The translations under genes were made by a program, and so were the position numbers. Under the pieces are notes generated by a model. It was not told the origin of the DNA. It saw nothing but the letters and a program-made list of their open reading frames with translations, and ran no database searches. Below, piece by piece: positions 1 through 14,299 of a stretch of DNA of 64,000 bases (within the stretch, counting starts at the first letter, position 1; each line of letters starts with the position of its first letter). This DNA comes from the human T2T-CHM13v2.0 reference genome, Homo sapiens: assembly GCF_009914755.1 (NCBI RefSeq), contig NC_060936.1; one strand, written 5' to 3'.

Positions 1-549
1 CTGTCATTCCATTTCATTACAGTTAGATGCTTCCAAATGTCTACTGAGTATTTTTGGACTTTTGAGTATTATTTTTAAAATCTGTGTTTCTGGGCCGAGT
101 GCGGTGGCTCACGCCCATAATCCCAGCACTTTGGGAGGTCAAGGTGGGAGGATCACTGGAACCCAGCAGTTTGAGACTAACCTGGGCAACTCCATCTCTA
201 TTTATGAATTTTTTTTTTTTTGAGACGGAATCTCGCTCTGTCACCCAGGCTGGAGAGCAGAAGGTTGATCACAGCTCACCATGAACACCTCCTGGGTTTA
301 AGTGATTCTCTTGCCTCAGTCTTCTGAGTAGCTAGGACTACAGGTGTGTGCTACCGCAATGGTGTGATCTCGCTCACTGGGATTACAGTCATGAGCCACG
401 ACACCCGGCCTAATTTTTGTATTTATTGTAGAAACAGGGTTTCACCATGATAGTCAGGTTGGTCCCCAACTCCTGACCTCAAGTTATCCACCCGCCTAGG
501 CCTCTCAAAGTGCTGGAATTACAGGCTTGAGCCACTGTGTCTGGCCGCA

Positions 550-941
<392 letters not shown>

Positions 942-1002
942 TAAGGAGTATCTTCATGTCAGCTTACATAGGCTGGTTTTAAGATAAGGTGAGTTTACTT
1001 AC

Positions 1003-1206
1003 AGCAGCGGAGGGGAAGAGCAATCCGACTAGGAAGTTGGAGGTCCAGTTGGAGCAGCCGGCCACTGCCATCGCAGCTGGGCGGGGGCCCTGGCTGAAGA
1101 GTTCGGCCACAATAAACCAGGGAATGGGGCCTGGTCCAATTTCAAAGAAGGCTACAAAGACCAAGATAGCCCCAATACAGACAAAGCTCATCCCATTATA
1201 GTTATC
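1003..1206 (-). CDS. SLC2A3: SLC2A3 exon 9 (DNYNGMSF...GPGPIPW...FPSAA); exon 10 lies outside the window
   Basis: 204 nt, cag|GAT...GCT|gtaagt. Contains the GPGPIPWF and FSQGPRPAA motifs. Confidence 0.97.
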
Positions 1207-1634
1207 CTGTAAGAGCAAGGAACAGAGAAAATTAAATTTAAAGACAGTGTAACCTAGTATCTAGGTTCCCGGAAGCAATTAACGGCAAGCTCCTCCTGTC
1301 CCTGACGTACAATACAAAGAGTGGCTGTGGAGTCAAAAGGCTTGGATTTATTTTTATTTTTATTTTTTGAGACAGGGTCTTACTCTGTTGCCCATGCTGG
1401 AGGGCAGTGGCACTACAATAGCTCACTGCATCATCGATCTCCTGGGCATAAGCAATCCTCCCACCTCAGCCTCTCAAATCGCTTGGACTTGAAGCATGTG
1501 CCACCACACCTGCCTAATTAAAAAAAAATTTTTTTTTTGGCCAGGAGCTGTGGCTCACGCCAAGGCAGGTGGATTATCTGAGGTCAAGAGTTGGAGACCA
1601 GCCTGGCTAACATGGTGAAACACAGTCTCTACTA

Positions 1635-1793
<159 letters not shown>

Positions 1794-2591
1794 TCAAAAA
1801 AAAAATTTTTTTTTGTTTTTTTGTAGAGAAAGTTTCTTGCCATGTTGCGTAGGCTGGTCTTGAACTTCTGGGCTCAAGCAATCCTCTAACCTTGGCCTTC
1901 CAAAGTGTTGTGATGACAGGCATGAACCACTGCGCCCAGCCAGGATTGGATTTTTTTTTTTTTTTTTGAGAGAGAGTTTCGCTCTTGTCGCTCAGGCTGG
2001 AGTGCAATGGCACCATCTCGACTTACCACAACCTCTGCCTCCTGGGTTCAAGCAATTCTCCTGCCTCAGCCTCCCAAGTAGCTGACATTAGAGGCATGCA
2101 CCACCACTCCTGGCTAATTTTCTATTTTTAATAGAGACGGGGTTTCTCCATGTTGGTCAGGCTGGTCTTGAACTCTCGACATCAGGTGATCCGCCTGCCT
2201 CACCCTCCCAGTGTGCTGGGATTACAGGCGTGAGCCACCGCGCCCAGCTGAGGATTGAATTTTTCAATCCCATCTATATGATCTCATATATGTCACTTTG
2301 TACTGAGACCATGTCATCATCTATTAAGTGTGATTACCTTGATATTATTCTAAGAATTAAATTAGATAATTTATTTTATAAGCTATAATAATGTTCTATA
2401 AATGTAAGGATTCTAACAGTTTACCTCCAGTTCTCTGACGACCCATGTTTCTTAAACTCTGGGCATCCTGCTTCTCTCCTCTGACTTTATTGACAAACTG
2501 CAACCTTAACAACCCACCCCTTGTGTCACAGAAGTCAACTGTAACCTCTCTTCTTTCCCCCTCCCTTTTTTTTCACCCAAAGAGCACCTAC

Positions 2592-2693
2592 CTTTAATAA
2601 CAAAGAAACAGTCATGAGCGTGGAACAAAAAGCCATCCCTCCAAGGCCTATCATATGCAGAGTCCTTCTTCCTGCCCTTTCCACCAGAAATAG
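2592..2693 (-). CDS. SLC2A3: SLC2A3 exon 8 ([13 protein letters not shown]...LLLK)
   Basis: 102 nt, cag|CTA...AAG|gtagg. Contains the ERAGRR MFS motif. Confidence 0.97.
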
Positions 2694-2805
2694 CTGGAAG
2701 AAGAATATGACATGAAACTTCAGTTTTCCTTTCCATGAAAACAGCATCTGAGCTACTTGAAATCTGCCTTACCAACAGCAGGACACTTGTTATGGATACC
2801 CCTCC

Positions 2806-3779
2806 TGTGATTTATGATTTTATATACATACATATTGTGTGCCATTCACAGGTCCTGGCTCAAAATCCCCATAGCCCTTGGTAGAGTCTTTTGTCATAAT
2901 GTTGGGATGCTTCAGGCCTCAGGAGCAGGCCTCAGATAACAGAATTCTTCTCTGACTTTCTCCTGCCCTCCCACTTGGCAGGACGCTAATCTGACTGTGG
3001 GTCATAAAACCCTCATTTCAGAGAGGGTCCTGCCCCACACCCTAGAGGAAGAAACGCTACAGAGAGGCCAACAAATCATCTAAGCAGACAGGCCCAGCTG
3101 GGTTCAGATCATTCCCTTTTTGTCCAATCACAGGTCAGAACAGTTGTCCATGCTTCAATCATGGAGAACCAATTAAGTCTGCATAAAAGGCCCAAAAGGC
3201 AGGGTATGGGGAGCTTCCAGATATCTGAACCCGTGGAAGCTGACAGGAAGGTCAGCAACAACTCATCTATGTGCTAGGAGTGCACCCCAACCCCACAGAG
3301 ACAGAAGCTCCCATGCTCAGGATCCCTCCAGACCTCGCCCCGTGAATCTCTTCATCTGGTTGTGTATTTCTGTGCTTTAAAATATCCTTTAAATCAAACT
3401 AGGAAACAATTTTCCTGAGTTTTGTGAGCCACTGTAGCAAATTAATCAAACCCAAAGAGGATGTCGTGGGAATCCTGATCTACAGCTGGTGAGTCAGAAG
3501 CACAGGTAAAACAACCTGGAGCTTGTGACTGGCATCAGGAGTGGGGGGCAGTCTTGGGAACTGGGCCACCAACCTGTGAGATCTGATGCTATCTCCAGGT
3601 AGACAGTGTCATAATTAAAAAATCGCAGGACACCTAGATGGTGTCCACTACGGAACTGATTGCACACCTCACGGGGAAAAATTCTCACATATTCTGGGGA
3701 TCACAGATAACTTCTGTTGATTATTGTTGTTTTAGTGTAAAAACAGTGGAGTAACAGAGCTTGAGAGTTTTTCCAAGCA
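2806..3779 (+). mobile_element. MER21-like solo LTR in SLC2A3 intron 7 (antisense to the gene)
   Basis: TG...CA ends and blocks recalled from the MER21 consensus (ggtcataaaaccctcatttcagagagggtcctgccc; tgtgagccactgtagcaaattaatc; gtcagaagcacaggtaaaacaacctgg). Confidence 0.75.
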
Positions 3780-4025
3780 CCTTTCCTCCAATTCCAAGTT
3801 CAAAGCATACTATATAGTCCCTTCTATACTCCCTCCTTTCCCATCCATCCCATATTTGCTTGAAGAGTGAAGACTACATCCAACATTAAATTTATCTCTT
3901 TTTCCCAAAGGAAAATTAAGCAACAAAAAGGTAACTAAATGATGGTAGGGTCATGCAATCCATCTTTGAACATCTGTAGCAAGGATTCTTTTCTCCCCTC
4001 AAAATTACCAAACCATCCAACTTAC

Positions 4026-4130
4026 AGAAACTACAGTGAAGATAGTATTAACCACACCCGCGCCGATGGTGGCATAGATGGGCTCTTGAACACCTGCATC
4101 CTTGAAGATTCCTGTTGAGTAATAGAACAC
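4026..4130 (-). CDS. SLC2A3: SLC2A3 exon 7 ([35 protein letters not shown])
   Basis: 105 nt, tag|GTG...TCT|gtaag. Hand-translated; absent from the ORF track. Confidence 0.96.
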
Positions 4131-4274
4131 CTAGGAGAAAAGAAAACATGCAGCTTTGATGCAATTCTGCACACCAGTTACACAGAACCCTCAAAAATAA
4201 ACTTAAAAGTCCCAGTGGGTAAGAAGTCCTTTTTCTAGGTTTTCGTTCAATACTAATATCCCTTCTGCAAATGA

Positions 4275-4450
<176 letters not shown>

Positions 4451-5473
4451 TAAGTAGAGATGGGTTTTCACCTTGTTGGCCAGGCTGGTCTCGTACTCCT
4501 GACCTCAAGTGACCTGCTCGCCTTGGCCTCCCAAAGTGCTAGGATTACAGGCATGAGCCACCGCACCTGGCCCTCCTTTCTCTCTCTAAATGTTCTTAAT
4601 TCTAGCTACTCATTTACATTGTTTCTTCTAAAAATGCTTATTCCCACTGTTCCATTTCCTCTTGCTTATGTCCACTTCACTAACTTACATAAAGGTGTAA
4701 TTCCTACTAACTGGTTTCTTTTTTATAAGTTGAGACAGCAACTCACTGTTGCCCAGGCTGGTCCTAAACTCTTGGTCTCAAGTGATCCTCCTGCCTCTCA
4801 GCCTCCCAAGTTGCTGGGATTATAGGCATGTGCCATCAGGCCCAGCTAAATGCTTTTTTAATTGGCTCTTCCCCAAACTCTCAAAACATTGATAGGGACA
4901 TCGATGTCTCAATTTGATAGTGAACTAATTGAATAACCTTATCCTGCTCATTGAATAAGCAGAGGTTGGGCTGTATTTCCTAGGCCTAGGCCCTTTTGAA
5001 GTGTTTTATGAAATAATACCAGCTACTAATGCAATTTAATATATATTAAATAAATTATTATGTTGTTTGCTAGGCACTGTGCTAAAATCTAAAGTTGCTA
5101 TAACTACCATAGTTAAGAGATATTAAAATACTGGACTCAGACCTCAAGTTAACAAGGGAACATTATCTAGGTTACCGAGGTTCACTTCAGTTTATTTCAC
5201 CCAGAGTATTTGCCTCCATAGCAATATTTATTAGTCTTTTTTATGAATATGGACCTCTACATTGGGATTTACCTTCTCACGAAACAACTCTTTAAATCCC
5301 TAGTACGTAAGATGTAAACTATGTATATTCATATTTTCTAAAATAAGATAATTGTGTTTTGAAACTGAGATTTGTAGAGTCATTATTGAAAAACCTGCTG
5401 CTCTAGGGCTAATTAACACTGTTAAGAAATCTCAACATATTATATGATGGCGTCAAGCTTGTGGGGAAATATA

Positions 5474-5495
5474 TTAGGCTAGTGCAAAAGTAATT
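5474..5495. mobile_element. MADE1 (mariner) terminal inverted repeat fragment
   Basis: TA|ttaggctagtgcaaaagtaatt resembles the MADE1 TIR TTAGGTTGGTGCAAAAGTAATT; only one end is present. Confidence 0.5.
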
Positions 5496-6336
5496 ACTTG
5501 AGCAGTTTAAACAAGCAATAAATAGGTATGCCAATTCTTTTCCTTAACATAATGTCTACACGTCAAAAACCTAATGTACATGTACTCATCTCAATAAAAT
5601 TTCTCATAGTAAAATGACTTTGCTATCTAGTGTCACCAAGCAAGGTAACCCCTACATCATCTCACCTAAATAGTTTACTCTGCTAGGTAAACATGATACA
5701 ATGCAACCTCTTACCCATCTGCCCATAAGGGAAATTAGAAATCATTTGTGCAAAGTAGGTTGGAAAAGTGATTTCCAAGCCTGCTGTGCATCAGATTTAT
5801 TTTTTTACAGACAACTTTCAGGTCTCTTACACAGAGATTCTCAAATTCAGCTGACTCAGGAATCCCAACCCCCATAATTCTGATGCAGCCAGCTTTGGGT
5901 GAGATTATACCTAGCGCAAAATCTACTCATTGACTAAATTGGGAGCCAGCTTAGTCCAACAATAATTAATGTACATGCCGGGCGAGGTGGGTCACACCTG
6001 TAAGGCCGGCACTTTAGGAGAGAGAGCTGAGGTGGGTGGATCACCTGAGGTCAGGAGTTTGAGACCAGCCTGGCCAACATGGTGATATCCCTCTATTCTC
6101 TACTAAAAATACAAAAAAATAAGCAAGGTATGGTGGTGGGCACCTGTAATCTGGGCTGTAATCCCACCTGTAATCTCGGGAGTCTGAGGCAGGAGAATCA
6201 TTTGAACCCAGGAGATGGAGGTTGTGGTGAGCTGAGATTGCGCCACAGCACTCCAGCCTGGGTGACAGAACAAGACTTCACCTCAAAAAAAGGATGGGCC
6301 AGGCGCAGTGGCTCACGCCTATAATCCCAGCATTTA

Positions 6337-6651
<315 letters not shown>

Positions 6652-7240
6652 TCATTTCTCACAGGTGATCTTTTACTGATCCTGTTTTGCAGGGCCTGGA
6701 CTGTGGTGAGGCAGCTAGGGAGTTGCCTCAGGTGCATTCTTTCATTCTTTCTTTTTTCTTTTTTTAAACAGGCACAGAACTAACGCAAGGTACATTCTTT
6801 AAAGAGGTGCTCATTCTCAGGGCTACACTTGCACGTAGCTGCCTCACCTGCCTAGTCCCAGCTCTGCTGCTCTGGAAAGTCTCGGGAGCACATTTTTCTC
6901 CAGTAATACGTGTGGCCTACATTATCATTTCCAAATGAAGAAATCTGAGACTGGGATTCATCAAAATCACCTAGGAGGCTTTTTCTAACTACTGTGTATT
7001 TCCTCCCAAGTTTTTTTTTAAAGACAGGGTCATACTATATTTCCCAGGCTTGACTCCTGGGCCTAAGTGATATTCCCACCTCAGCCTCCCGAGTAGTAGC
7101 TGGGACTACAGGCATGAGCAGCCACCACACTTGGCTCCTCATAGATTCTGACATAACAGCCTCTAACCCCTCATAAGAAGCACTGCCACTTCAAATACAA
7201 ATATCCTGGTGTGCTAGGTAGGAGAAAAGTTCCAAGAACC

Positions 7241-7282
7241 AACTTACTATTTTGAGCATCAAAATGCTCAAAATAGTAAGTT
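7241..7282. repeat. Perfect 19-bp inverted repeat with a 4-nt loop (intron 6)
   Basis: aacttactattttgagcat-caaa-atgctcaaaatagtaagtt. Confidence 0.95.
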
Positions 7283-7861
7283 TTGCAAAATGCTTTGTTA
7301 CAAAATAATTTAATCCCATTGATCAAAGACTATCTGAAAACCCTTAGGGGATGAATCAGTATTTAAAAAGGTGGGACAAGGGTGCTCTTAATATCCATAT
7401 TGACTAGAAGGCACAGGAATACTCTCTTCCTACAATCCACAGTCAAATGCAGGAAGCTGATATTTGCATGGAATACAAGGGCTACCTGCCAAATGCTAGC
7501 TTCCGTTGTGCCGCCCTCTTTAAACTATCATCTATCATGCCCTCTTTAAACTACCATGCTCGCTATACTAGTTGTAAAAACAGACTGGTAAAGTCAGTTC
7601 ACTCTGAAGTTGCCAGTGTCCTTCCAGGGTCTTTTTTTTTTTTCCTTTTTTTAAATTTCAGAGACACAGTCTCACTCTGTCTCCCAGGCTGGAATGCAGT
7701 GGCATAATTATAGCTCACTGCAACCTGAAACTCCTGAGCTCAAGTGATCCTCTTACCTCAGCCTCCTGAGTAGCTGGGACTACAGAGGCACACCGCCACC
7801 ATGCCCGGCATTTTAAGTGAAATACTTTAAGACACGTTTGACCCTAAAGTATCACACTCAC

Positions 7862-8049
7862 AGCATTGATCCCAGAGAGCTGCTGAGAGAGCTGGAGCAC
7901 AATGGAAATGATGATGGGCTGTCGGTAGCTGGACACTCTAAAGAGCTCTAGCACGGTGACTTGCTTTTCTTGTGACATCCTTGCACTCTCATCTTTCATC
8001 TCCTGGATGTCTTGGGATACATCCTGGGTGCCCCACAACCGCTGGAGGA
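7862..8049 (-). CDS. SLC2A3: SLC2A3 exon 6 ([10 protein letters not shown]...QQLSGINA)
   Basis: 188 nt, cag|TC...GCT|gtgagt. Contains the [11 protein letters not shown] glucose-binding motif. Confidence 0.97.
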
Positions 8050-8157
8050 CTGGTGAAAAGAAGAAAGAGGAAAGGATAAAAGAGAATGTGCTGCCCCAAA
8101 TTCATTCTTCCTGTAAGGCAGCCAGGAAAGGGCCGCACGAGGTGAGGTGATGGGTAG

Positions 8158-8382
<225 letters not shown>

Positions 8383-8657
8383 TGAACTCCTGACCTCAGG
8401 TGACCCGCCTCGGCCTCTTATAATGCTGGATTACAGGCATGAGCCATCACACCCTGCCTGATAGCATCCATTCCTAAACCCGCCTTTTCACCTCATTCTT
8501 TAGGGGCTGAAAATTTTACTCAGGAGTAATCAGAACCCTCCTCACTTGGATTCTGAGAGGCAGGGAAAGAGTGTAACAGAAAGTAGGTCCAGTACAATCA
8601 TCCCTAAAACAAACCACAACCATATAATTCATGTAGTAAGGTGTGAAGGATACTCAC

Positions 8658-8820
8658 TCTGCTTAGCATTCTCCTCTTCTTTTCTGTTAATGAGCAAAAA
8701 TCTGGGACTTTCAGGGCAAAATGGAAGGGCTGCACTTTGTAGGATAGCAGGAAGGATGGTAAAACCCAGTAGCAGCGGCCATAGCTCTTCAGACCCAAGG
8801 ATGAATTCCAGACCAAAGAT
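8658..8820 (-). CDS. SLC2A3: SLC2A3 exon 5 ([15 protein letters not shown]...[19 protein letters not shown])
   Basis: 163 nt, tag|ATC...CAG A|gtgagt. Contains the PESPR motif. Confidence 0.96.
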
Positions 8821-8841
8821 CTAGAAACCACACAAAGATAA

Positions 8842-9177
<336 letters not shown>

Positions 9178-9420
9178 TAGCCAGGCTGGTCTTCATCTGC
9201 TGACCTCGTGATCTGCCCACCTCGGCCTCCCAAAGTGCTGGGATTACAGGCGTGAGCCACAGCGCCCGGCCTCAGCCTGCTTCTTCAGCTACTATCTATT
9301 ATCTAAAACTTCCATATGTAATTGAACATGTGCCAGATATTCTTCAGTGCTTTACCTATGTTAACTTTTTTAATGACCCATGAAACTAACACTCATTAAG
9401 TATGAGAAGTTCTAGAGTAC

Positions 9421-9661
9421 CTGGGCCACCAGAATTCCAACAACGATGCCCAGCTGGTTGAGAGTGCCAAAGGCACCCCGCAGGGCAGTAGGCGAGATCT
9501 CTCCAATGTACATGGGCACAAAACCTGTGCAGAGTCCGCAGAAGAGGCCAATAACCAAGCGACCCAGGATCAGCATTTCAACCGACTTAGCTACTTTACA
9601 CAGTCCCATAAAGCAGCCACCAGTGACAGCCAACAGGTTGACAATCAGCATTGAATTGCGC
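9421..9661 (-). CDS. SLC2A3: SLC2A3 exon 4 (RNSMLIVN...ILVAQ)
   Basis: 241 nt, acag|G...CAG|gtac; overlaps ORF 9412..9651. Contains the sugar-porter motif [22 protein letters not shown]. Confidence 0.97.
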
Positions 9662-9991
9662 CTGTAAGGTTAATCAAAGACAAAGTAGAATTAGCAAAGT
9701 GAGAGGCTCCTAACTTCTCCTCTGTCCTCATTATTCTGTTCTTCTCCAGGCTCATATCATCCCTTTTTTTTTTAATCTAACTTTTGTTTTTCACTTTCTA
9801 TTATCAGAACATTTCTAGTTGGGAACCAGGTGTGATGGTGCCCGCCTGTAGTCCCAGGCACTCAGGGAGCTGAGGTCGGAGGTCGAAGCTGTAGTGAGCT
9901 ATGATTGGGCCATTACACTCCAGCCCGGGTGACAGAGCAAGACCCTCTTTCTTGGGGGGTAAAAAAACAAAAGAACAACATAATCAAGTAA

Positions 9992-10219
<228 letters not shown>

Positions 10220-11161
10220 TAATTTTTTGTATTTTTAGTAGGGACAGGGTTTCACCGTGTTAGCCAGGATGGTCTCGATCTCCTGACCTTGTTATCTGCC
10301 CGCCTCAGCCTCCCAAAGTGCTGGGATTACAGGCGTGAGCCACGGCACCGGCTTTTTTTTTTTTGAGACGGGGTTTTGCTCTTTCGCCCAGGCTGGTGTG
10401 AAGTGGCCAGATCTCAGCTTACTGCACCCTCTGCACCCCCACTGCAGGTTCAAGTGATTTTCCTGCCTCAGCCTCCGGAGTAGCTGGAATTATAGGTGCC
10501 TGTCACTACGCCCGGCTAATTTTTGTATTTTTGGTAGAGACAGGGTTTTGCCATGTTGGCCAGGCTGGTCTCGAACTCCTGACCTCAGCTGATCCACTTG
10601 CCTCGGTTTCCCAAAGTGCTAGGATTACAGGGGTGAGCCACCACACCGTGCCTAATTGGCAAATTAAAACAGTTCCTTCATTAGTCATAAATGAAAATAT
10701 ATTCTACCTTCTAAAACATATTGTTAAGCTTCTATAGAATAAGACTTTTTTTTTGTCATTATCCACATTTGCCATAGACAAAAATAATTCCTACCAATCC
10801 TGGGTAAAATAATAAAAACATTTATAATACAAGTAAACAACTTCGGACCTTGTAAATTAAGTATGTTTCTAGAAACCCCATAGTTGAGTTTACTAGGGAA
10901 TAATTCTGAACTATCCCTAGCTGGACTGCAAAGGCCAATCACTCACAGTTCATCTCTTGCACAGCTGGGTGGGAGCTCTCCAGGGTAGTAGAGCTCCAAG
11001 CAAGGGCAGTCATATTCGGGGCCAGTTGGACTAGGTTTCCCTTGATTAGAATTCAAGGTGTTCTTATTCAAAGGCATCATCACCTCCCTGCCCTAACTCT
11101 CCACACTTGTCCTCAATGTGGCTGGCAGAGCCCACTTCCTTGCCCAGTTTCTAGTCAATAC

Positions 11162-11322
11162 CTGCCAAAGCGGTTGACGAAGAGTCCGACGGAAAAGGAG
11201 CCGATCATACCCCCGACGGAAAATATGGCCACAGACAAGGACCAGAGAGACGTGAGCAGCACCTCAGAGGGTGGGGCATTTCCCTTGTCCGTCAAAGTTT
11301 TATTGATAAATTCCTTTATGAT
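11162..11322 (-). CDS. SLC2A3: SLC2A3 exon 3 (IIKEFINKT...VNRFGR)
   Basis: 161 nt with AG/GT boundaries; lies within ORF 11155..11388. Contains the N-glycosylation sequon NKT, and DKGNAPP/LLTSLW match GLUT3. Confidence 0.97.
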
Positions 11323-11984
11323 CTGCAAAATAAAAGGGTTGGTGGAAGAACAGACTGTTACAGTTGGATGAGAACAAAAGACAAACATTAGGGATCATTT
11401 CCTTCCTAGAGAATCAAGGGAATAAATAGACAGGAATGGAAGGGGCAGATAACGTATTGGAATTTATGTTAACTCTCGCTGGAATAGTAATTCTATTTGT
11501 CCTGAAAATCCCAGTAGGTGGCAGCACCGATGTTCACAGTCTACCCCAGCCCTCTGCTAAGGGAACCCAGCTTCTTTGTAACTAACCCCTAAGGGATAAT
11601 ACAGGATGTGCATCACTATGAGGTGAAAGAGTGGGAGGAAGAACAGCACCGCCCAGCGTTCAGGGAGTAAGTGAGCTTTGTGCTTCGATTAGATGACCCC
11701 ACTAATTTTCCCCACCAATATTGTCTCCATCTTCAGTCTTGGACAGGATAGATACAAAGTTTGTCTTAAAATCCCCTAGTTTGGGGAGGGACCCTCACTA
11801 ACTGTGTTGCTCAGGATGGTGTTTAACTCCTGGACTCAAGTGATCTTTAAGCCTCAGCCTCAGGAGTAGCTGGGACTCCAGGCAGATGCCACCATGCCTG
11901 GCCTTAAATTCTGAATTCCTGAAACCCTACTTAAAGGAATAACTTCCCTATTCTAAATTCTAATTATTGTGGCCTGGCACTCAC

Positions 11985-12077
11985 CTTCTCAGGAGCATTG
12001 ATGACCCCAGTGTTGTAGCCAAATTGGAAAGAGCCGATTGTAGCAACTGTGATGGCAAATATCAGAGCTGGGGTGAC
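11985..12077 (-). CDS. SLC2A3: SLC2A3 exon 2 ([31 protein letters not shown])
   Basis: cag|GTC...GAG AAG|gtgag, 93 nt. Encodes TM1 with the [15 protein letters not shown] motif. Confidence 0.97.
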
Positions 12078-14194
12078 CTGGAGGGAGGGAAGACAGAGGA
12101 GAGAATAGTCCTTAAAACTTGTGATTGATGACTGTTTCTTATTAATTATGGAGCTGTATTAGGAGAATTTGAGTTATGAGTGGTATGAAAAGAACATCCA
12201 ATGAGATTTAGGTAATTAATGGGGAAGACAAAGGAATAGATTATACTAAAGAACTTATCTGGAGATAAGAATGTGAAGTTAACTTGGTAAAAATGAAAGA
12301 AAATTGGGGAAGGAAGAAGTTAAGAGAAACTGGGTTGGTCAGTTTGGAAATATTTAAAAACTTGCATCAGGCAAATGTAGGCATAGAATTCCACTCACGA
12401 ACTGGGAGGGCAGAGAAAAAGACAGTCTCGGGTAGGATTACTAAGAATTGACCATTCTGGAAACAAATACAGTGCAGTCTGATCTGTACCCCAGACTCCA
12501 CGGAAGCCCAGTGGTGGTGGTGGAGGGGGTGGTAGTTTGTGTCTTCACTGCTGGGTGGCTCTTTGAGTCTCTTATCTCTCAGGACCATGTAACCTACTGG
12601 ATCTACTCACTGCATCCTGGCCCCATTTCAGTCTTCGTTTATTAAATACAGTTCTGCTATCCCTAACTCCCGCGCAGGGGAAGAAAGTACTTACTCTGAA
12701 CCCAACATATAAGGGCGAACCCAACATATAAGAGACATTTCTTAGTGGGGAGAACCGGTCATCTTCACCTTGCCTGGAATAATTCAGCCGGGCGAGACAT
12801 TTTCCATTTCTACCTTGGGGCAGCTCAATTTTTATACCTGAGGCCAACTTCTACGCCATTCCCCCCCACCCCACCACCCAAAATCCCTTCAACCTTTCAT
12901 ATCTTAAACTCCTTTCCTTTCAGGTCGGGCAGATTAGGCAGCAGGCTGGGAGCTTCAGCAGGAGAAGTGACCCTGCCTGCAGCCTCCCAGATGTCTCAGT
13001 CCCAGCTAAGCATCGGTACCCCGGAGGGCCCTGCCAGTGCAATGCTCTGTTAAATCTTTTTCCGTTTAGTAAAAATCTCTTCTGTCTCCTCTCATCATTC
13101 ACTATCTTTGAGAGCCTTTTCTTCTTTAGTCTCATAATTTTCCATCCCTTTCTTATTTTCCTACATTTTCTTTCTTTCTGCTTTGTAGAGATGGGATCTC
13201 ACTATATTGCCCAAGGCTAGTCTCAAACTCCAGGCCTCATGTGATCCTCCTGCCTTGGTTTCCCAAATGCTGGGGTTATAGGTGTGACCCACCACACCTG
13301 GCCCCTTATTTTTAGTTAAATTTATCTTGGTAAAAAATGCCTTTCTTGCTGCGCGCAGTGGCTCATGCCTGTAATCTCAGCACCTTGGGAGGCCGAGGCC
13401 GGCGGATCGCCTGAGGTCGGGAGTCGAGACCAGCCTGACCAACATAGAGAAACCCCGTCTCTACTAAAAATACAAAATTAGCCGGGCCCGGTGGTTCATG
13501 CCTGTAATCTCAGCTACTCAGGAGGCTGAGGCAGGAGAATCGCTTGAACCCGGGAGGCGGAGGCTGTGGTGAGCTGCGGTCGCTCCATTGCACTCCAGCC
13601 TGGGCAACAAGAGTAAAACTCAATCAGAAAAAAAAGAAAAGCCTTTCTCCCTGCAAATAATGCATATACAACACTCAATATTTTAGTATGTCCTGCACTC
13701 ACGATTTTAACCCTAATAGGAAGGACAACTGGAATTCTTTCTCCTTAGCATCCACGAACCCCATATGTTATAGGACAAACAGATGGCCAGACCCTGGCCT
13801 GTGCCCCCAAACACAGACCTTTTCAAGGTCTAATGCTTCCAGAGAAGTCTTCACACTGGCTCTGAGACCCACACTTGTAATCCATACAACCAAGCAGCCC
13901 GATCCTCTAAACACTCAACCATCTCGTCCTCAGTGGCATATGGTTACCTAAAATAAACCTGAGAAGCAAACACAACTTCTCCGGGTGACTTTCCTATGAT
14001 AAGGTGAACAGAACTGTATGACATTCAAAGAGAACTGATGAAGCGGCAGCAGTGCAGGCTAGAGACGAAATGAAAAGGCCTTAAGATAGCTTGGTGACTT
14101 AGGAGAAAATAGAACAAGGAGATTACCATTAATATTTGCCTTTCTGAGTGTATCCCAAACAAGCAAAAATAACCAGTAATTATATCATTCTTAC

Positions 14195-14209
14195 CTTCTG
14201 TGTCCCCAT
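14195..14209 (-). CDS. SLC2A3: SLC2A3 (GLUT3) exon 1, coding part (MGTQK)
   Basis: Minus strand reads ATG GGG ACA CAG AAG|gtaag. This is the recognised GLUT3 N-terminus with a canonical donor in phase 0. Confidence 0.96.
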
Positions 14210-14299
14210 CGCTGTAATCTAATTCAAGTCTTCAAGAAAGATCTAGGGGTGATTCCAGAAACAGCTTTTTCAGCCAACAAAACCTTCAAAATGTCCTTC

